From assembly GCA_036337945.1 (NCBI GenBank), contig JAYZDF010000029.1, positions 19,040-83,039 of the forward strand: 64,000 nucleotides of DNA, written 5' to 3'. A program made the translations under genes and the position numbers. Below are positions 19,360 through 27,195 of this stretch, in pieces (position 1 is the first letter of the stretch; every line of letters starts with the position of its first letter). The DNA is from Myxococcota bacterium. Its GTDB lineage: Bacteria; Myxococcota; Kuafuiibacteriia; Kuafuiibacteriales; Kuafuiibacteriaceae. The notes under the pieces are model-generated. The model saw nothing but the letters and a program-made list of their open reading frames with translations. It had not been told where the DNA came from and did not search any database.

Positions 19360-19378
19360 TCAAAGCGGGTCCCACTAA

Positions 19379-20842
19379 ATGGTTCAGATAGATGACGCAA
19401 AAATTGAAGAGATCGTGGGTAGGGTCGTCGATCGACTTGTAGGAAGTACTCCACCTTCTTCGTCGTCGGAGCCTTACTGTGCACCGGCTCCCCCAAAATA
19501 TGATCCAGGACCTGCTATTCATACCTCGGGTCTATCCGGTGTTTTCGGTGATCTTGACTCTGCGGTTGCTGCCGCTCACCGGGCGCACGCCGCCCTCGAA
19601 GCCTCTAGCTTAGAGCTACGGTTTAAAATCATCGAGGCTTTCCGGGATTGCGGTCGTCGAGAGGTCGCTAACCTCGCCCGAATGGCGGTTGAAGAGACCG
19701 GTCTTGGAAGATACGACGACAAGATAAATAAGAATCTGCTCGTTATTAATAAGACACCCGGGCCAGAGATTCTAAAGCCTGTTGCCGTATCCGGCGACAA
19801 CGGCCTCATGCTTACTGAACGTGCTGCATATGGCGTTATTGGCGCTATCACGCCGACGACCAACCCTACCGAGACGATCATTTGCAACGGCATTGGTATG
19901 TTATCGGGTGGTAATGCGGTGGTCTTCAACGTTCACCCAGGCGCGAAAAACGTTTGTAACTACCTCGTCGACAAGATCAACAAAGCAAGTGTTGCTGCTG
20001 GCGGGCCTGACAATCTAATTTGTAGCATTGGAGAGCCAACTATTCAGTCAGCGCAAGCCCTCATGACGCACGCAGGTATCCGACTATTGGTGGTTACTGG
20101 CGGACCTGGAGTCGTGAAAGCCGCCATGAAGTCAGGCAAACGAACTATTGCCGGAGGACCTGGCAATCCGCCCGTTGTAGTGGACGAGACGGCTGATATT
20201 CTTCGAGCAGCAAAAGGTATTGTCTCGGGCGGTAGCCTCGACAACTGCATTGTCTGTACGGCAGAAAAAGAGATTTTGGCCGTTGCTGAGATTGCTGACC
20301 TCCTAAAAAGGCAGATTTGTGAAAATGGTGGCTACGAAGTCAAAGGTCCGAACATCAGCAAGCTGCAGCGACTGGTTGTCGCTGAGGATGGCCTCCACCC
20401 GAACAAAGAATGGGTGGGTAAGGACGCCTCGAAGATTCTATCGGCGATCGGCATTACGCCGCCTAGTGGTGTGAGAACCATAATCGTAGAGGGCGATGAA
20501 CAAAGTCCCTTCGTGCAAGGAGAGTTACTCATGCCTGTGCTGGGCTTTGTTCGTGTCCCCAGTGCAGAAGAAGGCATAGCTATGGCCAAACGCGTCGAAC
20601 ATGGCTTTGGACATACTGCCGCGATGTACTCAACCAACATCAATAATCTTCACGCAATGGCTCGTTCCATCAATACCTCGATTTTCACAAAGAACGCGCC
20701 AACTTATGCCGGTCTTGGACTTGGAGGCGAAGGCTATACCTCCTTTACGATCGCCTCTCCGACCGGTGAAGGCCTCACTAATCCAATCCATTTCACACGC
20801 GAAAGACGATGCACACTAGTCGACTCATTCCGTATCATTTAG
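19379..20842 (+). CDS. CoA-acylating aldehyde dehydrogenase (PduP/EutE-like) with N-terminal encapsulation peptide
   Basis: ALDH fold with the catalytic-Cys motif SLDNCIVCTAEKE (compare FDNNLPCIAEKE in PduP) and the glycine-rich NAD site (GGPGNPPVVVDETADI). The N-terminus has a short amphipathic helix (DDAKIEEIVGRVVDRLVG), then a Ser/Pro-rich linker (STPPSSSSEPYCAPAPPKYDPGP), as in BMC encapsulation peptides. Confidence 0.9.
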   Translation: MVQIDDAKIEEIVGRVVDRLVGSTPPSSSSEPYCAPAPPKYDPGPAIHTSGLSGVFGDLDSAVAAAHRAHAALEASSLELRFKIIEAFRDCGRREVANLARMAVEETGLGRYDDKINKNLLVINKTPGPEILKPVAVSGDNGLMLTERAAYGVIGAITPTTNPTETIICNGIGMLSGGNAVVFNVHPGAKNVCNYLVDKINKASVAAGGPDNLICSIGEPTIQSAQALMTHAGIRLLVVTGGPGVVKAAMKSGKRTIAGGPGNPPVVVDETADILRAAKGIVSGGSLDNCIVCTAEKEILAVAEIADLLKRQICENGGYEVKGPNISKLQRLVVAEDGLHPNKEWVGKDASKILSAIGITPPSGVRTIIVEGDEQSPFVQGELLMPVLGFVRVPSAEEGIAMAKRVEHGFGHTAAMYSTNINNLHAMARSINTSIFTKNAPTYAGLGLGGEGYTSFTIASPTGEGLTNPIHFTRERRCTLVDSFRII

Positions 20843-21513
20843 CCTTCACCCTCCTCGTTTTTTCTGGTGTTGCCTGCAGCAGTGACCGATACGTCGGCTC
20901 CCTGGGCAAGTCAGGTATGTACGCAAACCGTGGTTATGGCGTTGTTATACAACTCAACGATCGTGACCTACTGAGTCGGTGGGAATATATCGACCCGCAC
21001 AAGATCGACATCTACAAGGAATCCGTTCGCCCTAGCCTCACCCAAGAAACGATAGATCTAAATGGTGATGGCACTCTTCATCACGACGAAGTTGTCGTGC
21101 AGTGGAAACCAAACTTCAGACTCGTTCATAAAGATGTCGCAACTTCTCGCATTGATCTTGGGGTAGATATTCTCGGGGGGCGAAATAAAGCTGCAGATTT
21201 TGGTGCCTATGTTCGAGCTACCGTGAAGAATGAATTTGGTGTCGAAACCAGCAAAGGAGATTGGAAGGCTTTACGGCTGGGCCCGGACTTTAGGGCGTAC
21301 TCAACCCGGCTCAAAGAAGATGGCCTATTACTCGCAGCCATCGATCAAGGTAACTTTTCTGCGGAAGAAGGCGCTGTGCGCCGACAAATTGTATGGGCTC
21401 GGCTGAAGTCATTAGAACTTACAGAGCAAGAAGAAAAGGATTTTGGATCATTTTTGCGCTCGCTGCTCCTGAATTCTAAGGCGGGAAGGCAAACAACCTG
21501 GGAGAAATATTGA
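20809..21513 (+). CDS. hypothetical protein encoded inside the BMC operon (possible signal peptide; EF-hand-like DxNxDG loop)
   Basis: A 234 aa protein with no family recognised. The N-terminus (MHTSRLIPYHLAFTLLVFSGVAC) looks like a signal or lipoprotein peptide. An alternative start at Met37 (20917) would remove it. It has a DLNGDGTL motif. Its start overlaps the AldDH stop by 34 nt. Its stop overlaps the downstream BMC-T start (ATGA). Confidence 0.35.
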   Translation: MHTSRLIPYHLAFTLLVFSGVACSSDRYVGSLGKSGMYANRGYGVVIQLNDRDLLSRWEYIDPHKIDIYKESVRPSLTQETIDLNGDGTLHHDEVVVQWKPNFRLVHKDVATSRIDLGVDILGGRNKAADFGAYVRATVKNEFGVETSKGDWKALRLGPDFRAYSTRLKEDGLLLAAIDQGNFSAEEGAVRRQIVWARLKSLELTEQEEKDFGSFLRSLLLNSKAGRQTTWEKY

Positions 21514-22121
21514 TTCAGTCTACGCCACTAATGGTCGACGGTGATGCCATCGCCGTTTTTGAAATAGCGTCAATTGCCCGTGGCGTTGTTGTATTGGATC
21601 AAATGGCAAAGCGTGCCTTCACTGAAATCATATCGTCTAAAACCGTCTCCCCTGGCAAATATCTCATTATTTTGACCGGGTCTGTTGCGGAAATAGAGGA
21701 AGCAAGTTTTGCCGCGCTTGAATCGATGCAAGATGATCACATCGACCATATTATCCTACGAGACCCTCACCCTCTTTTGCGAACAACCTTCGCAAATAAA
21801 CTCGAACCCAACTTCCGAGAGTCTGTTTCGATATGCGAATTTTTTACACTGAGTAGCACGATTCACGCGCTCGACGTAATTCTGAAGAGCTCCGGCGTTG
21901 AAGTTATTGAGTTACGTCTGGGCGCAGGGCTAGATGGTAAAGGAATCTTTACCGTAACAGGCTCTTTGGATACGATTGAAGCCGCATGTGACTTAGTAGA
22001 AAGTAATATTGACCATACGAAGATTCATCGCATTGAGAAGATTGCCCAAATCCACGAAGACCTGCCCAAGCATTTACTTGGCGCCGAGCTTCCCGCTTCG
22101 CGCGGCACACCGTCTAAATAG
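21510..22121 (+). CDS. bacterial microcompartment tandem-domain shell protein BMC-T, PduT-like, lacking the Fe-S ligand cysteine
   Basis: This 203 aa protein aligns by eye with PduT across both domains. Domain 1: AIAVFEIASIARGVVVLDQMAKRAFTEIISSKTVSPGKYLIILTGSVAEIEEA versus PduT [53 protein letters not shown]. Domain 2: HALDVILKSSGVEVIELRLGAGLDGKGIFTVTGSLDTIEAA. PduT Cys38 corresponds to Ser47 here (TCC at 21648-21650). Confidence 0.8.
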   Translation: MIQSTPLMVDGDAIAVFEIASIARGVVVLDQMAKRAFTEIISSKTVSPGKYLIILTGSVAEIEEASFAALESMQDDHIDHIILRDPHPLLRTTFANKLEPNFRESVSICEFFTLSSTIHALDVILKSSGVEVIELRLGAGLDGKGIFTVTGSLDTIEAACDLVESNIDHTKIHRIEKIAQIHEDLPKHLLGAELPASRGTPSK

Positions 22122-22323
22122 CGGAAACGGTTTTTCCGTGCACAAAAACTAAAAATGCCATCGATGGGCGTCGACTTCCTTCTCGCATCGCAAAGTGAAT
22201 AGCATCTAGACTCCAACCCAACGCGGCCATCTCATTGAGTTTCTCCTCAATGGTATCATCCGTTACGGTAGAGAGCTCGATAACCTTATAAGATGGATTG
22301 TCTTTCGTATCAGTCGTTGTCAC
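22114..22323 (-). CDS. DUF4177-like small protein
   Basis: A 69 aa protein with the pattern YKVIELS....D..EEKLNEMAALGWSL typical of DUF4177. It is the last gene of the minus-strand hem operon. Its 3' end overlaps the BMC-T 3' end by 8 nt in convergent orientation. Confidence 0.45.
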   Translation of the reverse strand: MTTTDTKDNPSYKVIELSTVTDDTIEEKLNEMAALGWSLDAIHFAMREGSRRPSMAFLVFVHGKTVSAI

Positions 22324-23047
22324 AGCTGCCCCCTACTTTATCGAGAAGAGCTTCAATCAGCAATTCAAGCTCTGGATTGGCTGGACAGACCAGGGAATTG
22401 AGCCCCAGTTTTTCGGCATGCTCTCTCGTATTTTGACCGATAACTCCTACAGTTCGATAGCTCAAATATCCAAGGGCCGTGTCATGAGAACGGAAGAAAG
22501 AGTCCAATGTTCGCCCAGAAAAAAACAGCACATCCGTTATCGCCGGATCTGGCAGAGCGTCATGTCTGCACATCTCAATGGAGTAGATGGCTAATGTACT
22601 GACCGTTACTCCTTGCTCTATGAGTGGCGACACAAAAGAAGCCTTCGCCTGTTTTGCTTGAGGGCAAAACACTCGCAATTCCTTCATGTCTGCCTCAGCC
22701 CTAGAGAACCAATCAAGGATGCCTTCTCCATCAAACCGGTCCGGCACAAAGATGTCTCGCTCTTGCAACCATTGCCGTGCGGCGGCAGCCGTACGTCCGC
22801 CCACTGCGAGTATTTTCACGTGTTGAGGAGGTACCACATGCTCAGTCTTCATATAGCGAACCGTGTTCGCAGAAGTGAGCACTAAATAATCAAAATCTTC
22901 CCAAGAAGGCCATGTAACGGAAATCCGACGTGTCTGTATGTACGGAATGACTTCAACTTCGGCTCCGTGTGCTTCCAAAAGTCGTGTGACTGCTATGGAC
23001 TGTTCTCTTTGTCGAGTAACAAGAACTTTTCTGCCTACTAAACTCAT
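22310..23047 (-). CDS. hemD: uroporphyrinogen-III synthase
   Basis: A 245 aa protein with the HemD-like two-lobe pattern (VLVTRQREQS..LLEAHGAEV..PYI; VLFFSGRTLDSF). It lies immediately downstream of hemC in the operon. Confidence 0.7.
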   Translation of the reverse strand: MSLVGRKVLVTRQREQSIAVTRLLEAHGAEVEVIPYIQTRRISVTWPSWEDFDYLVLTSANTVRYMKTEHVVPPQHVKILAVGGRTAAAARQWLQERDIFVPDRFDGEGILDWFSRAEADMKELRVFCPQAKQAKASFVSPLIEQGVTVSTLAIYSIEMCRHDALPDPAITDVLFFSGRTLDSFFRSHDTALGYLSYRTVGVIGQNTREHAEKLGLNSLVCPANPELELLIEALLDKVGGSCDND

Positions 23048-23967
23048 TTGTCTTTCAGCGAGGCCAACACATTGTCTGCGCCTTGTTCTAAAACAATATT
23101 CGCAACAGAAATCCCAACTGAGAGTGCATCACTGACTGGTCCTTTTGACTCGGCACGGTAAATTGTTTTTCCATCTAAACTCGCAACGAGTCCTTTGAGA
23201 TGAATCTCTGAACCGTCCACTGTGGCATGGCCCGCGATAGGAACTTGGCAGCCTCCTTCCAGCTTAGCCAAAAAGCCACGTTCACACTCAGCGCATGCCC
23301 GAGTGTCACGGTCATCTAACGCCGACACAATTGCGTTGGTATCGTCATCGTCGATTCTTGTTTCAACAGCGAGAATTCCTTGTCCGACTGCGGGCAAACA
23401 CATCTCTTGACTGATAATTTCGGAAACAAATTCTTCCATGCGCAACCGCTTTAGCCCCGCATACGCGAGAATGGTCCCATGCATGTTTTCTTCCTTCATC
23501 CGTCGGATTCTTGTTTGCACATTGCCTCGGATTGGAACAATCTCTAAATCCGGTCGGTGGTGGAGGAATTGCGCAGCTCGCCTCAAAGAAGATGTCCCTA
23601 TCCGCGCTCCTTTTGGTAACGTTTCAAAGGTGAATCCTTGTGGTGAAACAAGCGCATCTCTCGGGTCCTCTCGCTTCGGGTAAGCTGTGATCACGAGACC
23701 GTCCGGCAAGGTCGTTGGGACGTCTTTCAAGGAATGAACTGCAACCTGAGCTCGACCATCAAGAAGAGCATTCTCAATCTCTTTTACGAAAAGGTCTTTA
23801 CCGCCGACTTTAGACAGCGCCTTATCAAGTATTCGATCTCCTTTCGTGGTCATACCAAGCAATGACACTTCAAGACCAAGTTGAGCCTCTCTCATGAGCT
23901 GCGCAACGTGCTCTGCTTGCCAAAGCGCTAAAGGGCTCTCGCGAGTAGAAATACACTTCTTACTCAA
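23044..23967 (-). CDS. hemC: hydroxymethylbilane synthase (porphobilinogen deaminase)
   Basis: Strong HemC pattern (RESPLALWQAEHV...TKGDRILD..LSKVGGKDLFVKEIE.ALLDGRAQVAVHSLKDVPT; dipyrromethane cofactor Cys in GGCQVPIAGHA). Confidence 0.9.
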   Translation of the reverse strand: MSKKCISTRESPLALWQAEHVAQLMREAQLGLEVSLLGMTTKGDRILDKALSKVGGKDLFVKEIENALLDGRAQVAVHSLKDVPTTLPDGLVITAYPKREDPRDALVSPQGFTFETLPKGARIGTSSLRRAAQFLHHRPDLEIVPIRGNVQTRIRRMKEENMHGTILAYAGLKRLRMEEFVSEIISQEMCLPAVGQGILAVETRIDDDDTNAIVSALDDRDTRACAECERGFLAKLEGGCQVPIAGHATVDGSEIHLKGLVASLDGKTIYRAESKGPVSDALSVGISVANIVLEQGADNVLASLKDK

Positions 23968-25304
23968 GTTCCTGACTCCGATTTTTTGTTTATCGGTACA
24001 ACCGTAGCCGCGGGTTCTTGCTCAACATCGATAGATTCTTCGGAATCAGAGCTATCAACGCTCAGATCGAATAGTTTCTGCGTAAAATCAACGAAAGGCC
24101 CAGGGTCGCCCTGCTCGCCAGCTGAACGCAGTTGCTTGAGCACTGGATGAAGAAGTTTATTTGTCACCGCATTGGCTGTTGCATCGAGTTTGGAACCAGA
24201 TAGTACACCTCCGCGCCGAAGTTCCTCTTGAGCCAGTTTGAACGTTCGCTGTCGCAACGCTTTCACTGTCGGCACCACCAACTGTGCCCGGTTCCATTTC
24301 ACAAACTCTTCTAGTTCAGCGGCAATAAGTTGCTCAGCAGCTAACGCTTCTTTCGCTCGGCTCGCGCGGTTATCACGGATAACATCTTGCAGATCATCTA
24401 CATCGTACACGAAAACGTTTTCTAGTTCGTCTAACGCGGGATCGATATCGCGCGGCACAGCAATATCTACGAAAAGTATCGGACGGTATCTTCTGCGACG
24501 AACGACTCCGCTCATCATTCTCTTATCAACAATGTATTCAGGTGACGCGGTTGAAGAAATGACAATATCACAGTCCACCAATTGTTCGGCAATATCTGAG
24601 AGAGGATGTGCGTTACCGTCTACTTGAGCCGCCAACTCTTGCGCTCGCGCCAGTGAACGGTTGGCCACGCGAATTTCTTGAATACCCGAGTTTCGAAGGT
24701 GTTTCGCTGCAAGAACGGACATTTTCCCAGCACCGATGACCAAGACTTTTTTACCCGCTAAGCTATCAAAGATTTCTTTGCCAAGCTCAACCGCCGCAAA
24801 ACTCATAGAAACAGCGTTCTCCGCGATTCCGGTTTCCGTACGAACTCGTTTGGCGACATAGAATGCCTTCTCGAAGATTTTGTTCAGTTTAGGCCCGACG
24901 GTTCCGGTATTTCGCGCAAGTTGGTAGGCTTCTTTCACCTGCCCCAAGATCTGGGGCTCACCGACTACCATCGAATCTAAAGATGACGACACTCTGAACA
25001 AATGACTGAATGCATCGGGGCCGTAGTGTGTGTATAGATGAGGAGCAAGATCTTCTTCTGCAAGTCCGGTCTCTTTCGATACTTGCCCCCAAATACGTTT
25101 CACACAATCTTGCGCTAGGTCCGAGCAACACACGTAGAGTTCGACTCGATTACAGGTAGAAATGATGATAATTTGCTCTAAGGATTCAAGCTCTGAGAAA
25201 CGCCGAAGAGCAAGCTTCACCGGCGTGACCACTTTGGCCAAGGATTCTCGAACCTCTAAAGGCGCGGTGTGATGCGAAAGACCCGTGATAAAGAACCGAA
25301 CCAT
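23964..25304 (-). CDS. hemA: glutamyl-tRNA reductase
   Basis: HemA motifs (FFITGLSHHTAPLEVRE; STCNRVELY; NADPH site VLVIGAGKMS). The ORF track extends to 25463, but Met54 (MVRFF) at 25304 is the canonical start. It overlaps the stop of the upstream hemX/ccsA-like gene. Confidence 0.9.
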   Translation of the reverse strand: MVRFFITGLSHHTAPLEVRESLAKVVTPVKLALRRFSELESLEQIIIISTCNRVELYVCCSDLAQDCVKRIWGQVSKETGLAEEDLAPHLYTHYGPDAFSHLFRVSSSLDSMVVGEPQILGQVKEAYQLARNTGTVGPKLNKIFEKAFYVAKRVRTETGIAENAVSMSFAAVELGKEIFDSLAGKKVLVIGAGKMSVLAAKHLRNSGIQEIRVANRSLARAQELAAQVDGNAHPLSDIAEQLVDCDIVISSTASPEYIVDKRMMSGVVRRRRYRPILFVDIAVPRDIDPALDELENVFVYDVDDLQDVIRDNRASRAKEALAAEQLIAAELEEFVKWNRAQLVVPTVKALRQRTFKLAQEELRRGGVLSGSKLDATANAVTNKLLHPVLKQLRSAGEQGDPGPFVDFTQKLFDLSVDSSDSEESIDVEQEPAATVVPINKKSESGT

Positions 25305-26176
25305 TACACGACCTCCTGTCCGTGAACGGTTGTGCCAGTGACACCCAATCCGATAAAGGTCATCAAAATCGCAATTACGCAACAAATGGTCAACCAAGCC
25401 GCCTTGCGGCCTCTCCAACCGATGATCAGTCGTGCATAGAGCATCGCCGCGTACGTAACCCACACCGCCGCACTGACAACATTACGCGTGTCCCAGCTCC
25501 ATAAGTCGCCGGACGTAACCTTCCCGTAGACCATTCCGGAGATGATACCCAAGGTCATGAGAGGGAAACCGAATTTGAACAACCAAACGTTGACTCGGTC
25601 GAGTGCCTCAAGTGCCGGCAGTTGAGTCATACCTGTATTCGAACCCCAGCCGTCTCCCGTCCGTCGGGTTCCCGGCTTACCTTTGGACTTCTTGCGTTTC
25701 CTCTTTCTAATGCGTCGCTCCTGAAGCAAATATACAGAGGCCGTAATTCCGGCGACGACAAACGCTGAATCTCCGAGTAAGGCCATCCCAATGTGCGCAC
25801 TCAGCCAAATGGATTTTAGACTCTCAGGTGCTTCGGCAACGGACTTCAGGTTACTTGAAATAAGAACCATCAAACTTACAAGCGGCATAGCTAGCCACGC
25901 AACTTGCGGTACACCGCCCCGAAACGCCACGACGAGTGAGATTGAAAGCAGCAAAAAGCCAAATACCGATAGCGCATCGTGAGCATCTGCTAACGGAAAA
26001 GCGGATAGTTCGACCATCCGCCCCCCAACGGCAAGCGCGTGAAAGATGACCGAAGTAACAACCAACATCATCACTCGTTTCGCGCCCGAATCGGAAGGCC
26101 GCAAAATATGAAGAACTACCGCGAGTGTGCCTATCGCATACACAAGGGCGCTGAGCTGTAGTAAGGCAGTCGGCAT
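25304..26176 (-). CDS. cytochrome c assembly protein family (HemX/CcsA-like) membrane protein
   Basis: Polytopic membrane protein with a Trp-rich segment (WSWDTRNVVSAAVWVTYAAMLYARLIIGWRG) resembling the CcsA/ResC WWD region. It sits immediately upstream of hemA, as in hemAX operons. Confidence 0.65.
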   Translation of the reverse strand: MPTALLQLSALVYAIGTLAVVLHILRPSDSGAKRVMMLVVTSVIFHALAVGGRMVELSAFPLADAHDALSVFGFLLLSISLVVAFRGGVPQVAWLAMPLVSLMVLISSNLKSVAEAPESLKSIWLSAHIGMALLGDSAFVVAGITASVYLLQERRIRKRKRKKSKGKPGTRRTGDGWGSNTGMTQLPALEALDRVNVWLFKFGFPLMTLGIISGMVYGKVTSGDLWSWDTRNVVSAAVWVTYAAMLYARLIIGWRGRKAAWLTICCVIAILMTFIGLGVTGTTVHGQEVV

Positions 26177-26320
26177 AAGTATCGTTACATCAACAAAAGT
26201 GTCTCATGGGCCACAAATAGTGCAAACCCCTAATCCACAACTATTTTACCTCGATATGCTTCAAAGAGCGAAGAAGTAAAGACGTCGGAGGAATACTTTG
26301 GTACCCATCGGCTGTTCACG

Positions 26321-26671
26321 GTGTTGGACAGGAGGAACATTATGGCAAGTGAATCATTAGTCAATTTTGAAGAAAACAACTTCGACAGCGAAGTTCTCAA
26401 CTCAGAGATCCCAGTACTCGTAGACTTTTGGGCTCCTTGGTGTGCACCGTGTCGCGCAATCGCTCCAAGCGTCGAGGCACTCGCAGACGAATATGCTGGG
26501 AAGGTCAAAGTTGGTAAGCTGAATATTGACGATAATCCTACTATTCCAGGAAAGTACGGCATTCGTAGTATCCCAACCCTTTTGGTATTCAAGGGTGGCG
26601 ACGTGGTCGACCAACAGGTTGGCGGCGTTAACAAAGCAGCTATCGAAGGGATGATCAAAAAGGCACTCTAA
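26321..26671 (+). CDS. trxA: thioredoxin
   Basis: A 116 aa protein with a WCAPC active site in the thioredoxin context (VLVDFWAPWCAPCRAIAP...IRSIPTLLVFKGG). Confidence 0.85.
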   Translation: MLDRRNIMASESLVNFEENNFDSEVLNSEIPVLVDFWAPWCAPCRAIAPSVEALADEYAGKVKVGKLNIDDNPTIPGKYGIRSIPTLLVFKGGDVVDQQVGGVNKAAIEGMIKKAL

Positions 26672-26672
26672 A

Positions 26673-27188
26673 GTGTTTATTCTTGTATTTCTCGCAATCA
26701 TTATCGGTTTTGTGCTGATCGCTCTCATCGGAGCAACGTCACCTCCTGTAGAGCACCCCGATTTTACATCCGGTGCTGACCACGCGAACCTATTCGACCT
26801 GAGCGCAGACCAGCTGGGCCGCATCGTAGGACTCCTAATCAGCAAGATGGGTCTTGAACTTGATCGTGCTTCAGGTGGAAGCGGCGGTGAGGTGGAAATA
26901 TACGCAATTAACCCGACCCCGCTTACTGGTGGAAAGATACTTATCCACTGTCTTCCCGCACCGAGCGAAGATGGAAAAGTGAATGGATTACGCGTCGCCC
27001 AATTTATTCGTGCGACACGCAGCGCTTACGTATCGAAGGGGCTGCTTTTCACGACCGGTGATATTACGCCTGATGGACGACTTGAAGCAGAAGACAGCCC
27101 AGTCGAACTCTTCGACCGTATGCAGCTTGCTTCATTGATAGAGGAGCACATCGGCGAGCTTACGCCTGAGCTACTGTCCGAGCTGTAA
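26673..27188 (+). CDS. membrane-anchored restriction-endonuclease-like (Mrr-cat-like) protein
   Basis: An N-terminal TM helix is followed by a segment resembling the Mrr catalytic fold (GGEVEIYAIN...KILIHCL...AQFIRATRSAYVSKGLLFTTGDITPDG). The assignment is tentative. Confidence 0.35.
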   Translation: MFILVFLAIIIGFVLIALIGATSPPVEHPDFTSGADHANLFDLSADQLGRIVGLLISKMGLELDRASGGSGGEVEIYAINPTPLTGGKILIHCLPAPSEDGKVNGLRVAQFIRATRSAYVSKGLLFTTGDITPDGRLEAEDSPVELFDRMQLASLIEEHIGELTPELLSEL

Positions 27189-27195
27189 AGTACCT

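Noticed and set aside
23964-25463. Long 499-aa form of hemA from the ORF track
   Set aside because: The first 53 codons overlap the upstream hemX/ccsA-like gene and lack HemA homology. The conserved N-terminus begins at Met54 (25304), so the shorter form was annotated.
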